Part shown: positions 9,082 to 18,572 of the stretch, piece by piece | Layout: each line of letters begins with the position of its first letter | Position numbering within the stretch: position 1 is the stretch's first letter | Source: Candidatus Sulfomarinibacteraceae bacterium | GTDB taxonomy: Bacteria > Acidobacteriota > Thermoanaerobaculia > Thermoanaerobaculales > Sulfomarinibacteraceae | Length of the DNA stretch: 64,000 nt | Direction: 5' to 3' | NCBI GenBank assembly: GCA_963796455.1 | Contig: CAWCLO010000006.1 | Coordinates: 156,087-220,086 of the forward strand | Notes under the pieces: generated by a model | Databases searched by the model: none | Told to the model about the DNA's origin: nothing | The model's input: only the letters and a program-made list of their open reading frames with translations | Made by a program: the position numbers and the translations under genes

Positions 9082-10824
9082 ATGAAAGACACGAGCATCA
9101 GTTTTATGCGGTCTCTCTGCGCCGGAGAGATCGAAGAGAACGTGATCTTCCCCTTCCCCACTTTGAGCGACGACGAACGCGATCTGCTGCGTCCGGTCGT
9201 CGAGTCGGTCGACGACCTCCTATCGGGCCACACCGAGGATTTTCGCGCCTGGGACGTCGCCGGTGAAATGCCTGCAGAGTTCGTGCAGGAGCTGCGCGAT
9301 TTCGGGCTCTTCGGGTTGATCGTTCCGGAGGCGGAAGGAGGCCTCGGTCTCGGCAATATGGCCTATTCTCGGACCGTCCAACAGGTCGCCCGCCACGACG
9401 CCTCGGTGGCGGTGACCATCGGCGCCCACTCATCGATCGGCATGCGAGGTCTCAAGCTCTACGGCACCGATGAGCAAAAGGCGAAGTACTACGAAAGACT
9501 CGCCACCGGCGAGCTGATCGCGGCCTTCTGTCTCACCGAGCCCGAAGCCGGCAGCGATGCGGCGTCGATCAAAACCCACGCCGACGAACACGACGATCAC
9601 TTTCTGCTCAACGGATCCAAATTGTGGGTGACCAACGGCGGTATCGCCGATTTCTTCACCGTTTTTGCAAAAACTGGTGAAAAGGACTCCCGTTCTCGCC
9701 TCAGCGCGTTCATCGTTACTCGAGACATGCCCGGTGTTTCGGTTGGCGCCCACGAAGACAAAATGGGAATTCGTGCCAGCTCGACGTGTTCGGTCTACTT
9801 CGAGGACGTCAAGATACCCAAGGAAAATCTTCTCGGCCCACTCCACAGTGGTTTCAAGGTGGCGATGAACATCCTCAACAACGGCCGATCCGGACTCGCG
9901 GGCGGCTGCGTGGGTGGCATGAAGACCCTGATTGCACTCGCTGCAAAATACGCTATGGACCGCCACCAATTCGGCCAGCCGATCGGCAGCTTCGGCCTCA
10001 TCAAGCAAAAGATCGGCCACATGGTGGTCGATTGTTATGCCACTGAAAGTGCCGTTCAAATGGTCGCCGCTCTGGCCGATCAGGAGTACGACGACTTTTC
10101 GGTCGAGGCTGCAATCACCAAGATCTTTGCCACCGAGTCTCTGTGGCGTTCAGCGGACGAGGCCCTCCAAACCGCCGGCGGCACCGGATACATGCGCGAA
10201 TACCCCTATGAGCGCGTGGTCCGTGACAGCCGGATCAATCGACTCTACGAAGGAACAAACGATATCCTCCGTCTCTATGTCGCCCTGACCGCCCTCAACG
10301 ATGTCGGCCAACGGCTCAAAGAAATGGCAGGTTCGCTGCGCGGCATTTTTGACGATCCCATCAAAGGGTTTGGCCTGCTCTATGAATACGCCAAGAATCG
10401 CGCCACCTGGGCGACAGGCCTCTCGGTGGCCGGCCCCGGTATGTCGAAGGCCCATGTCGAACTGAGGGCGGAGGCCGACGTCTTCGAAGACACCGCTCGA
10501 GACCTCGCGGCAATGGTCGATCGACTGTTGCGCAAGCACGGTAAGGACATCATCGGCAAACAGTTCGCCACTCGAAGGCTTGCCGATGTCATGATCGATC
10601 TTTTTGTCCTCGGATGCGTCATCAGCAGGGTGACGGCGGCGATCGAGGCAAATGGGCCCGATGAGGCGGCCGAGGAGATCGAGATCGCTCGGGTGTTCGC
10701 CGCCAAGGTCCGGGGACGAGCCCGCCGGAACTTCCGTAAGATCGACAACAACGATGACGAGCTCATCAAGAACCTCGCGGAGGCCGCCTACGAGCGCGGC
10801 GGTTATGGCTGGGACGTTCTGTGA
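9082..10824 (+). CDS. Acyl-CoA dehydrogenase, long (VLCAD/ACAD9-like, ~580 aa with C-terminal extension)
   Basis: Full-length ACAD pattern (FCLTEPEAGSDA, LNGSKLWVTNGG, YEGTNDILRLYVAL). GAGGAGG RBS 5 nt before the ATG. Confidence 0.9.
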   Translation: MKDTSISFMRSLCAGEIEENVIFPFPTLSDDERDLLRPVVESVDDLLSGHTEDFRAWDVAGEMPAEFVQELRDFGLFGLIVPEAEGGLGLGNMAYSRTVQQVARHDASVAVTIGAHSSIGMRGLKLYGTDEQKAKYYERLATGELIAAFCLTEPEAGSDAASIKTHADEHDDHFLLNGSKLWVTNGGIADFFTVFAKTGEKDSRSRLSAFIVTRDMPGVSVGAHEDKMGIRASSTCSVYFEDVKIPKENLLGPLHSGFKVAMNILNNGRSGLAGGCVGGMKTLIALAAKYAMDRHQFGQPIGSFGLIKQKIGHMVVDCYATESAVQMVAALADQEYDDFSVEAAITKIFATESLWRSADEALQTAGGTGYMREYPYERVVRDSRINRLYEGTNDILRLYVALTALNDVGQRLKEMAGSLRGIFDDPIKGFGLLYEYAKNRATWATGLSVAGPGMSKAHVELRAEADVFEDTARDLAAMVDRLLRKHGKDIIGKQFATRRLADVMIDLFVLGCVISRVTAAIEANGPDEAAEEIEIARVFAAKVRGRARRNFRKIDNNDDELIKNLAEAAYERGGYGWDVL

Positions 10825-11666
10825 AAAACCGCACCATCGCACTCGTCTTTTCGGTTTTCCTGGTTGGCGCCACGGCCGCTGAGGATCCCAAGCACACCGC
10901 GGCTGCAATCGACAGTTACAAAACCGCCTGGTCGGGTGCGATCGACATGGTGACCCCTGGCGGCTATCTCTATGAAGAACTGCGGCGCTGCGCCGGCTGC
11001 CACGAGACCGCCAAGGACGGCCAGGGCCGGTCCACACACCGCAACGCCATCGGCATCACCGGCGAGTCCGAAGCACCGGAAATAACCGGCAAGGGGTGGC
11101 TGAGCGGGGGTCACGGACGGAGCCAGGATCCCGAGATCGTCTCGAATACCCACTGCGCCTGGTGCCACGCACCGAGCCAACCCGGGGTCACCGCCGACAT
11201 CGCGGCCGCCAAACCGATTGATGGCGGCCGGGTCGGGGTCAGCTGCATCGCCTGTCACGCCTCAGAGGCCGTCAATGACGAGTTCGGCTCCTACCAGGCA
11301 AACTTCCGACCGGGAGGCGACCGGGACAGCTTGGTGGATTTTGTTCCACGAAGCTCTGAGAGCGGGGTCGAGACCAACGGCCAGTGTCTCTTCTGTCATC
11401 TTCGGCAGCACGAGTTCACGGTAGAACACCACGGCGCCATGGTGGCCGGCGGCGACCTGCTGTGCATCGACTGCCACATGGCGGTCTACAACATCACCGA
11501 TTCGGGACGCGCGGAGCGATACCACAACATGAGGGTGGCGGAAAACCGTGACGCCGCAACCTGTCGGCCGTGCCACCACTTCAAACCCGATGAAATGGCC
11601 GAGAAATGCAAACAGCTGGTGCCCGATCAGGCTTCGACCGTGCACGCCGTACCGGCCTTCGAGTAA
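10821..11666 (+). CDS. Periplasmic hexahaem c-type cytochrome
   Basis: Signal peptide MKNRTIALVFSVFLVGATAAED. Six CxxCH motifs (CAGCH, CAWCH, CIACH, CLFCH, CIDCH, CRPCH). GTG start overlaps the ACAD stop (GTGA). Confidence 0.8.
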   Translation: MKNRTIALVFSVFLVGATAAEDPKHTAAAIDSYKTAWSGAIDMVTPGGYLYEELRRCAGCHETAKDGQGRSTHRNAIGITGESEAPEITGKGWLSGGHGRSQDPEIVSNTHCAWCHAPSQPGVTADIAAAKPIDGGRVGVSCIACHASEAVNDEFGSYQANFRPGGDRDSLVDFVPRSSESGVETNGQCLFCHLRQHEFTVEHHGAMVAGGDLLCIDCHMAVYNITDSGRAERYHNMRVAENRDAATCRPCHHFKPDEMAEKCKQLVPDQASTVHAVPAFE

Positions 11667-11819
11667 GCACCGCGGGCGCAGCCGCCGGGAATGCAGAAAA
11701 ACCCATCGCAGTTTGTATCTGTCAGAGCCCAGCAATCCGAGACCTGAAGACGCGCAAAGCCAAAGAACCTCTCCTTCTCGCGCGCTCGAAGTGTCTCTCG
11801 ACATGCCCTTGGAGACCAC

Positions 11820-12437
11820 ATGAAGCTCTACTATCACCCGATTTCCGACAACTGCCGCCGGGTTTTGGCGACCATCTATGAACTCGATCGCGAAGACGTG
11901 GAACTCGAGGTCGTCGACCTCTTCAAAGGAGAGCACCAGACGCCCGAATTTCTGGCCCTCAATCCGAACGGCAAGGTTCCGGTTCTCGTCGACGGCGAGG
12001 TCTCGATGTGGGAGTCGATTGCCATCATGCAATACCTGTCTGGGGAAAGCAACCTTTGGCCTCAGAGCAAGTTACGCTACGACATCATCCGCTGGCAGGT
12101 CTGGTCGGTCGCCCATTTCGGATCAGCCATCGACAAGATCGTCTTCGAACGCTTGATCAAAAAGACCATGGGAATCGGTATGCCCAACGAGGGAACGGTC
12201 GAAGCGGCGGTCGCCGATTTCAAACGCTATGCCGCGGTTCTCAACGGCCACCTCGAAGGGCGCGATTGGTTGGTTGGCGACAACATCACCCTGGCTGATC
12301 TTTCGGTGGCAGCCAAGTTGACATACGCTCCCGCAGTGGCCGTTTCGATCGGCCCCTTCGACAACATCGATCGCTGGTACGGTGCGATCGAAGCGCGGGA
12401 TTCGTGGCAGAAATCTGCGCCGCCCGACATGAGCTGA
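11820..12437 (+). CDS. Glutathione S-transferase family protein
   Basis: N-terminal thioredoxin-like GST pattern (MKLYYHPIS.NCRRV...NPNGKVPVLVDGE..WESIAIMQYL) and a C-terminal alpha domain. Confidence 0.9.
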   Translation: MKLYYHPISDNCRRVLATIYELDREDVELEVVDLFKGEHQTPEFLALNPNGKVPVLVDGEVSMWESIAIMQYLSGESNLWPQSKLRYDIIRWQVWSVAHFGSAIDKIVFERLIKKTMGIGMPNEGTVEAAVADFKRYAAVLNGHLEGRDWLVGDNITLADLSVAAKLTYAPAVAVSIGPFDNIDRWYGAIEARDSWQKSAPPDMS

Positions 12438-12458
12438 AAAAAATCGCCGCATCGATAC

Positions 12459-12482
12459 TGTGACAATGGCTCCAGTGTCACA
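12459..12482. promoter_or_regulatory. Perfect inverted repeat TGTGACA-N10-TGTCACA (candidate operator or weak hairpin)
   Basis: Seen directly. Lies 22 nt after the GST stop and 48 nt before the dipeptidase ATG. Confidence 0.25.
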
Positions 12483-12529
12483 CCACTCGAAGCGGGGAAC
12501 GGGTAAACTCCTTCGTCGAAGGAGGGACC

Positions 12530-13762
12530 ATGAAATCCAAATTGACCCTTATTGCGGCCTTGGTGCCGTTTGCACTGCTTGCCGGATGTCAACCACAGGC
12601 CACACCCACTGAACCGACGACGCCTGTCGAGGTCGACTATCAAGCAGAGGCGAATCGCCTCGCCCAGGAACTCCTGATCATCGACACTCATATCGATGTC
12701 CCCTACCGGTTGCACGACAACCCGGAAGATGTCTCCGTCAGAACCGAGGGCGGCCACTTCGATCTCGTGCGAGCAAGAGAGGGTGGACTGGACGCGGCCT
12801 TCATGTCGATTTACGTGCCGGCGGAACTCCAGAACAACGGTGGCGCCAAGGAGCTTGCCGACGAGCTCATCGACCTCGTCGAGGAGATGGAGGCCACCGC
12901 ACCGGATGGCTTCGCCATCGCCCGGACAGTTGCTGAGATTCGGGAGAACTTTGACCGCAAGGTCTTCTCACTTCCCATGGGCATCGAGAACGGCGGAGCA
13001 ATCGAAGATGACCTCTCAGCGCTGCAGCATTTCTACGACCGGGGAGTACGGTATGTGACCCTGACCCATTCCGAATCCAATCTGATCTGCGACTCGTCCT
13101 ACGCCGAGGAACGCACATGGAACGGCCTCAGCCCCTTTGGTGAGGAAGTCGTCGCCGAAATGAACCGTCTTGGCATCATGGTCGACATCTCCCACGTGAC
13201 GGATGAGACCTTCTACGACGTGATCGAAATGACCGACGTTCCGGTCATCGCATCCCATTCCTGCCTGCGGACTTTCACACCCGGCTTCGAACGCAATATG
13301 GACGACGAAATGGTCAAGGCCCTGGCCGCAAACGGCGGGGTCATCCAGATTGCCTTTGGTTCCGGCTTCCTCGCCGAAGAGGCCCAGAAACAGTCGATGG
13401 AACTGTGGGCAACCATGCGTCAATTCATGACCGAAAACGATGTCGCCATGGGCAGCGACGAGTTTCGCGCCCGGATCAAGCAATTCTACGAAGAAAACCC
13501 CAAGGCCACTGCGACCATCTCCGACCTCGCCGACCACATCGACCATGTGGTGAAGCTGGTTGGAATCGACCACGTCGGTCTCGGTTCGGATTATGACGGC
13601 GTTTCCGACCTGCCGGCCGGGCTCGAGGATGTTTCCGGCTTCCCGAATCTGCTCGAAGAACTGCTCCGACGCGGCTACACCGAAGAGGACCTGCGGAAAG
13701 TCTGCGGTGAGAATCTGCTGCGGGTCTGGTCCGAAGTCGAACAAGCCGCCGCCACCAGTTGA
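12530..13762 (+). CDS. Membrane dipeptidase (peptidase M19, renal-dipeptidase family) lipoprotein
   Basis: Lipobox LLAGC. M19 motifs IIDTHIDVPYR, GIENGG, VRYVTLTHS, SHSCLR, IDHVGLGSDYDG. GAAGGAGGG RBS. Confidence 0.9.
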   Translation: MKSKLTLIAALVPFALLAGCQPQATPTEPTTPVEVDYQAEANRLAQELLIIDTHIDVPYRLHDNPEDVSVRTEGGHFDLVRAREGGLDAAFMSIYVPAELQNNGGAKELADELIDLVEEMEATAPDGFAIARTVAEIRENFDRKVFSLPMGIENGGAIEDDLSALQHFYDRGVRYVTLTHSESNLICDSSYAEERTWNGLSPFGEEVVAEMNRLGIMVDISHVTDETFYDVIEMTDVPVIASHSCLRTFTPGFERNMDDEMVKALAANGGVIQIAFGSGFLAEEAQKQSMELWATMRQFMTENDVAMGSDEFRARIKQFYEENPKATATISDLADHIDHVVKLVGIDHVGLGSDYDGVSDLPAGLEDVSGFPNLLEELLRRGYTEEDLRKVCGENLLRVWSEVEQAAATS

Positions 13763-13781
13763 TAGGAAGGGAAAAACAACC

Positions 13782-14261
13782 ATGAAGACACAACAAGTAC
13801 TTTCGATCGCCGCCGTTCTGGCGCTCGCCCTCGGTTGCGGGGGTGCGCCGACCGAAACTGCCGCCCCGCCCGAGACTGCAGCGGAGAATGTTCCGGCGCC
13901 CGAACCAGTGGTCGAGGCTCGAAACGACCAGGTCTTTGTCTGCAGCTGCGGTGAAGATTGTGACTGCAACACCATCGCCGTCGCCGAGGGCACATGTACC
14001 TGCGGCACCGAATTGGCCGCGGCCCACGTGGTCAAGGTCAAAGGAGATGATGCGCTGCTCTGCACCTGTGCTTCGGAATGCATCTGCGAGATCGACGCCG
14101 AAGACGAGAACAAATGCTCCTGTGGAGCAGATCTGCGCACAGTCAGCCTCGTCGGTACCGGACTGTATTTCTGCAGGTGCGGCGGCGAGTGCACGTGCAA
14201 TTTCGTGTCGTCAGAACCCGGTACATGCACCTGTGGAATGGAGCTCATCACCAGCTCCTGA
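13782..14261 (+). CDS. Cysteine-rich triple-repeat lipoprotein (18 Cys; putative metal-binding)
   Basis: Internal ATG of ORF 13560..14261, 20 nt after the dipeptidase stop. Lipobox LALGC. Three repeats of C-x-C-x3-C-x-C-x7/8-C-x-C-G-x-(E/D)-L. Confidence 0.75.
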   Translation: MKTQQVLSIAAVLALALGCGGAPTETAAPPETAAENVPAPEPVVEARNDQVFVCSCGEDCDCNTIAVAEGTCTCGTELAAAHVVKVKGDDALLCTCASECICEIDAEDENKCSCGADLRTVSLVGTGLYFCRCGGECTCNFVSSEPGTCTCGMELITSS

Positions 14262-14307
14262 ACATACCCGGCGAACCTGATTCCGCGCCAACCGACGGAG
14301 GTGGCTC

Positions 14308-16059
14308 ATGAACCGCGTGCTTTTCGAAAGAACCGCGTGCTTGGCCCTGGTGTGTTGCAGCCTCTTGCTTTCTTTCGCTTGTACCGAGCAAAGCACTGAG
14401 ATTGCCGACCTGATGATCACCAACGGCCGGGTCTACTCGCTCGCGTGGAGTGAGCCCGGGACCGATGGTTCGATCGCAGGTGATGCCCCGCACGACCAGA
14501 ACGGATGGCACCCGGACGCCGAGGCGGTGGCCGTCAAAGACGGACGGATTCTGTTTGTCGGATCGGTGAAAGCGGCCGAACGCTATCTCGACTCCACCAC
14601 CACGGTCCTCGATGTGGCCGGAGCGACCGTGATCCCCGGTTTTGTGGATTCGCACGCCCATATCCAGGAACTCGGTCGCGAGGAGGTTCAGGTGAACCTC
14701 GTTGGAGTGGCCGACGAGGAGGAGGCCATTGCACGGGTCGTCGCGGCTTCAGCCGAAACCCCGCCCGACGAGTGGATCATCGGTTGGGGTTGGGATGAGG
14801 GCGAGTGGGCAAATCATTATCCCACCGGCGACGCCTTGAGCCGGGCCTTCCCCGACAACCCCGTCGTGTTGAAGAGTCTTCACGGCTTCGCCGTCTGGGC
14901 CAATCATCAGGCCCTGGCCGCGGCCGGAATTCACCGCGGCACTCCCGACCGTGACGGCGGCCGGATCCTACGCGATGCCAAGGGCAACCCCACCGGAGTG
15001 CTCATCGACCGTGCCACGACCCTCCTGACCTCCGCGATCCCAGAGACAACCGACCACCAGATGAAGGCCTTTGTGCTCGCCGGCCTCCAGACAATGGCGC
15101 GAGACGGCTATGTCGCGGTGCACCAGGCAGGAGCTGACACCCAGGTCATGCGCGCCTTCGAAGAACTCGAGGCTGAAGGCTTACTGCCGGTCAGGGTCTA
15201 TGCCATGTTGAGCCTCAGAGACGAGGCGCTCTGCCGCCGTTGGATCGAGATTGGGCCGACCACCGGCACGATGCTGACGACCCGTTCGGTCAAGGCCTAC
15301 TACGACGCGGCCCTTGGGTCGCGCGGCGCACGAATGCTCGATGACTATTCCGATCGGTCCGGGCACCGGGGTGTCGCCGGATCGGATTACGGCTTTGATC
15401 AGAATCTCGCGGCTGAAATGATGCGGGCCGGTTTTCAGATCGGGATTCACGCCATCGGCGATGCCGGCAACCGTGAGACCCTCGATTTCCTCGAAATTGT
15501 GATCGCTGCCGACCCATCAACCCTTGACGCTCGACATCGCATCGAGCACGCCCAGGTGGTCCACCCCGACGATTTTGCACGTTTCAAAGCGGCAGGTCTT
15601 ATCGCTGCCATGCAGCCTCCGCACTGCGTCGAGGACATGTCGTGGGCGGAAGACCGCCTCGGGCCCGATCGGGTCCGCGGCGCCTATGCCTGGCGAACCA
15701 TGCGGCTCGCCGGTGTTCCGCTGACCTTTTCGGCCGACCTCGCGGGCTCCGACCACGACATCTTCTACGGTCTGCACGCAGCCGTGACCCGGCGCGACAA
15801 GAACCGGCAACCTCCCGAAGGGTGGTACCCGGAAGAGGCCATGACCCCTGAGGAAGCGCTTCGGGGTTACACCTCCTGGAGCGCTCTGGCTGCCGCGTGG
15901 GATGCGGAAACCGGCACTCTCGAAACGGGCCGGTGGGCGGATCTCACCGTGATCGACATCGACCCGCTGGCTGTCGGCGAAACGGATCCCGGAGGGCTTC
16001 TGGACGGCAGGGTCCTGGCCACAATCGTTGCCGGGGATCTCGTCCACAATACCTTCTGA
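14308..16059 (+). CDS. Amidohydrolase family (Amidohydro_3 / YtcJ-like metal-dependent hydrolase) lipoprotein
   Basis: Signal/lipobox LLLSFAC. VIPGFVDSHAHI metal-binding start and C-terminal GTLE.GKWADL-type ending (GTLETGRWADLTVID). GGAGGTG RBS. Confidence 0.9.
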   Translation: MNRVLFERTACLALVCCSLLLSFACTEQSTEIADLMITNGRVYSLAWSEPGTDGSIAGDAPHDQNGWHPDAEAVAVKDGRILFVGSVKAAERYLDSTTTVLDVAGATVIPGFVDSHAHIQELGREEVQVNLVGVADEEEAIARVVAASAETPPDEWIIGWGWDEGEWANHYPTGDALSRAFPDNPVVLKSLHGFAVWANHQALAAAGIHRGTPDRDGGRILRDAKGNPTGVLIDRATTLLTSAIPETTDHQMKAFVLAGLQTMARDGYVAVHQAGADTQVMRAFEELEAEGLLPVRVYAMLSLRDEALCRRWIEIGPTTGTMLTTRSVKAYYDAALGSRGARMLDDYSDRSGHRGVAGSDYGFDQNLAAEMMRAGFQIGIHAIGDAGNRETLDFLEIVIAADPSTLDARHRIEHAQVVHPDDFARFKAAGLIAAMQPPHCVEDMSWAEDRLGPDRVRGAYAWRTMRLAGVPLTFSADLAGSDHDIFYGLHAAVTRRDKNRQPPEGWYPEEAMTPEEALRGYTSWSALAAAWDAETGTLETGRWADLTVIDIDPLAVGETDPGGLLDGRVLATIVAGDLVHNTF

Positions 16060-16217
16060 CTGGACCATTCTGGCGCAGTGTCCCGCGGCCCTGGGTTCAT
16101 CGCTTCATTCCGTTACAAGGTGTTCGGCACAAACCTCAACCGAAGGTGGCACATTTATTGCGATTTGCTCCATCGATCGCGCAAGGTTTCGGGTTGCGCG
16201 GCCTGGAGGAACCCATC

Positions 16218-17078
16218 ATGGCGGTTGAAATTCGACGCGATCGGAAAATCGAGTCCGCCGGCCACGGGCGTCGCATGACACATCTGTTTCTCGATTCGGC
16301 CCTCAGCCTCGCATTTGGAGTCGTGGTCTGGTTTTTCATTGCTTACGTCGCCGTGTCGGCCGGCTTTTCCAGCGATCCGATTCTGACGCAGGGATTTGTT
16401 CTTTTTCTGGTGACGTTCGGGCTGTACTTCTTAGTTTTCGAAAGCGTCTTCAACCGCACACCGGCCAAGTTCTTGACCGGGACCGTTGTCGTGACGGACG
16501 ATTTTCAAAAACCTACCTTTTTACAGATTCTCGGTCGGACCCTCAGCCGCTTCGTCCCTGTTGATGCTTTGACCTTCATGGGCAGTGAAGCCTCGGGCTG
16601 GCATGATCGTTGGTCGGGGACCCGGGTCGTCATCAAATCGTCCCTCGATTCCGAAGCGGCGCTTGCTCCAGAAAATGGCCACGTATCGGCCATCGATCGC
16701 CAGACGAAAGCCATCGCCACCCAGGGCCTGCAGGAAAATGTCCTCGAGAGAGATTTTGTCGTAATCCTTGCCGACGGCTGCCAATCGAATTGGCTCGATC
16801 GGCAGACCCTCGAGGACTGGTTCGAGGCAGGGCGCGTCAAAGGCTCTACCTACGTCTATGCCCGGGAGATCGGCGACTGGCAGTTGCTGCGGGACCTGGC
16901 CGGTTTCTCCTGCAGAATCACCCAACAGGTGGCCGATGTTTTTGGCGAACCTTCCTCCACAGTCAGAGAGCCCGCGAATATCTATCAGACCGCGAAAATC
17001 GAAACCGGAGCCGATTCAACCGCAGAAGGACCCGGCGACGACCTTCCCCTCTCCGATCTCGTGAAGAACACAGGTTAG
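16218..17078 (+). CDS. RDD-family membrane protein with C-terminal GYF_2-like domain
   Basis: Internal ATG (GGAGGA RBS) of ORF 15897..17078. Two TM helices flank an RDD-like core (FESVFNRTPAKFLTGTVVV). C-terminal WLDRQTLEDWFEAGRVKGSTYVYAREIGDWQLLRD. Confidence 0.65.
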   Translation: MAVEIRRDRKIESAGHGRRMTHLFLDSALSLAFGVVVWFFIAYVAVSAGFSSDPILTQGFVLFLVTFGLYFLVFESVFNRTPAKFLTGTVVVTDDFQKPTFLQILGRTLSRFVPVDALTFMGSEASGWHDRWSGTRVVIKSSLDSEAALAPENGHVSAIDRQTKAIATQGLQENVLERDFVVILADGCQSNWLDRQTLEDWFEAGRVKGSTYVYAREIGDWQLLRDLAGFSCRITQQVADVFGEPSSTVREPANIYQTAKIETGADSTAEGPGDDLPLSDLVKNTG

Positions 17079-17105
17079 CCCCTTTTCGCCTCGATCCATG
17101 GCACT

Positions 17106-17600
17106 ATGGGGCCTCGTCGAGAGGAGGCCCGCTTGAAGACCGCCGAAGATATCGTCAAAGAAAAAACCAGTGAGACCGTCACCGTCACCCGGACCCAGAC
17201 AGCCCGCGAGGCGATCGATCTGATGAACGCCAACCGAATTGGCGCCATTCTCGTCAACGACGGCGATGAAATGATCGGGATCTGGACCGAACGGGATTTT
17301 CTCCGCAATGCCGGAGATTCCTCATTTAACGTCCAGACCTCTACGGTCGGTGAGTTCATGACCTCACCCCTTCACTTCGCGCCCCACGACGCCACGTTGA
17401 CCCAGCTCGAGGAGATGTTCCTCGGTCTGTATGTCCGGCACCTGCCGGTTCAAAAGGGGGGACAGTTCATCGGTCTGGTGTCGATCGGCGATGTGATGCG
17501 CGCCACGTTGCTCGAAAAGGACGACCAGATCAAACAGCTCAACAAGCTGGCGAGTTGGCAGTTCTACGAAAATTGGGGCTGGGACCGGGAAAAGAAATAA
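17106..17600 (+). CDS. CBS domain pair protein
   Basis: Two CBS-like repeats (TVTRTQTAREAIDLMNANRIGAILV; HFAPHDATLTQLEEMFLGLYVRHLPV). Alternative TTG start near 17136 sits behind GAGAGGAGG. Confidence 0.85.
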   Translation: MGPRREEARLKTAEDIVKEKTSETVTVTRTQTAREAIDLMNANRIGAILVNDGDEMIGIWTERDFLRNAGDSSFNVQTSTVGEFMTSPLHFAPHDATLTQLEEMFLGLYVRHLPVQKGGQFIGLVSIGDVMRATLLEKDDQIKQLNKLASWQFYENWGWDREKK

Positions 17601-17601
17601 C

Positions 17602-17632
17602 AAAAAAGGGGTGGATCCGTTTGGATCCACCC
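17602..17632 (-). terminator. Rho-independent terminator (minus strand), possibly bidirectional
   Basis: GGGTGGATCC-GTTT-GGATCCACCC hairpin. On the minus strand it is followed by TTTTTTG. Sits between convergent stops at 17600 and 17680. Confidence 0.65.
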
Positions 17633-17679
17633 GTCCCCATCGTCCGGGCGAGAACAAACCCGCCCTTCCTCAAAAATGT

Positions 17680-18399
17680 CTACTTGGCGACGTAGGCGGT
17701 CAAGGTTGAATCGATCACACCATCCGCTTTTTTGGCGGCGGCCCCCTCTTCGGACTCAAGGAACGCCATCATCGCCCCCATGTCGGCGACATCGACCAGG
17801 ATGCCGACCTGTGTCGGGTTGTCGGGATTCTGGAAGGTCGTGACGCTCGGCACACCGGAAGCGGCAAACATTTCCTGTCGGCTGTTGCTGCTATGCCATG
17901 CATCAAGCCAATGATCCCCGTCCTCGACATCGTGGGTCATGAACATCAATTGACCAGCCGGCGCCGGCGGGTTGTCGCTGTTCCAGATGTCGTTGGTGAT
18001 CAGCCATTTTCCGCCGATCTTCTTCCAGGTCTCGATGTACTTCCCGCTATCGACGACCGATCCGTCGGGCGCGTTGAGCGTGTAAACGCCGGCACGGTAT
18101 CCGAGATCTCCGGACTCGAAGGCCTCGGTCGTGGGCAGCGAACCGGTCAGACCCGCCGCGATCATCGCACCGAAATCAGCCCGGACCGCGTCGCGCCCCA
18201 TGGCGGCAGGCGCATTGGGCGGCATGACCCGGCAGTCCTCGGCATAGAGGGCGGCGATGGCTTCCACATCCCCAGAGTTCAGGGAAGCTTCCCATTGTTT
18301 GGCGAGGTCGGCGATCTCCGAGCTGTTCTGCGACCCCTGCGGCGCGCACGCTGCTAGAAACATCACCATCAAAAGCACTGCATACTCGATCTTTTTCAT
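17680..18399 (-). CDS. Lipoprotein with N-terminal SnoaL/DUF4440-like (NTF2 fold) domain
   Basis: Lipobox FLAAC. WEASLNSGDVEAIAALYAEDCRVMPPNAP...GKYIETWKKIGGKWLITNDIWN is typical of DUF4440. C-terminal half unassigned. Confidence 0.75.
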   Translation of the reverse strand: MKKIEYAVLLMVMFLAACAPQGSQNSSEIADLAKQWEASLNSGDVEAIAALYAEDCRVMPPNAPAAMGRDAVRADFGAMIAAGLTGSLPTTEAFESGDLGYRAGVYTLNAPDGSVVDSGKYIETWKKIGGKWLITNDIWNSDNPPAPAGQLMFMTHDVEDGDHWLDAWHSSNSRQEMFAASGVPSVTTFQNPDNPTQVGILVDVADMGAMMAFLESEEGAAAKKADGVIDSTLTAYVAK

Positions 18400-18572
18400 G
18401 AATTCCCCCGTTCGGTTCTTTGCCGTTCCGTAGACAGCCCGGCATCAATTGTCTTTTTATTTTGAGACTCGGTACAAAAAAGATAGTCGCCGATCGAGCG
18501 CTTGTCAAGTCAATGCAATGACCTTCTGAATCCCCCTGCCCCGATATCCGTACTACCTCTGGAGGGGGAACC

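Noticed and set aside
9082-11666. Direct electron-transfer partnership between the ACAD and the hexahaem cytochrome
   Set aside because: The predicted compartments differ (cytoplasm vs periplasm). Only the start/stop overlap is reported as an observation, not a functional link.
13016-14251. 411-aa minus-strand ORF spanning the dipeptidase 3' end and the Cys-rich lipoprotein gene
   Set aside because: The plus strand has M19 motifs, RBS-preceded starts and a lipobox. The minus frame is low-complexity (S/P/A/Q runs) with no start signal.
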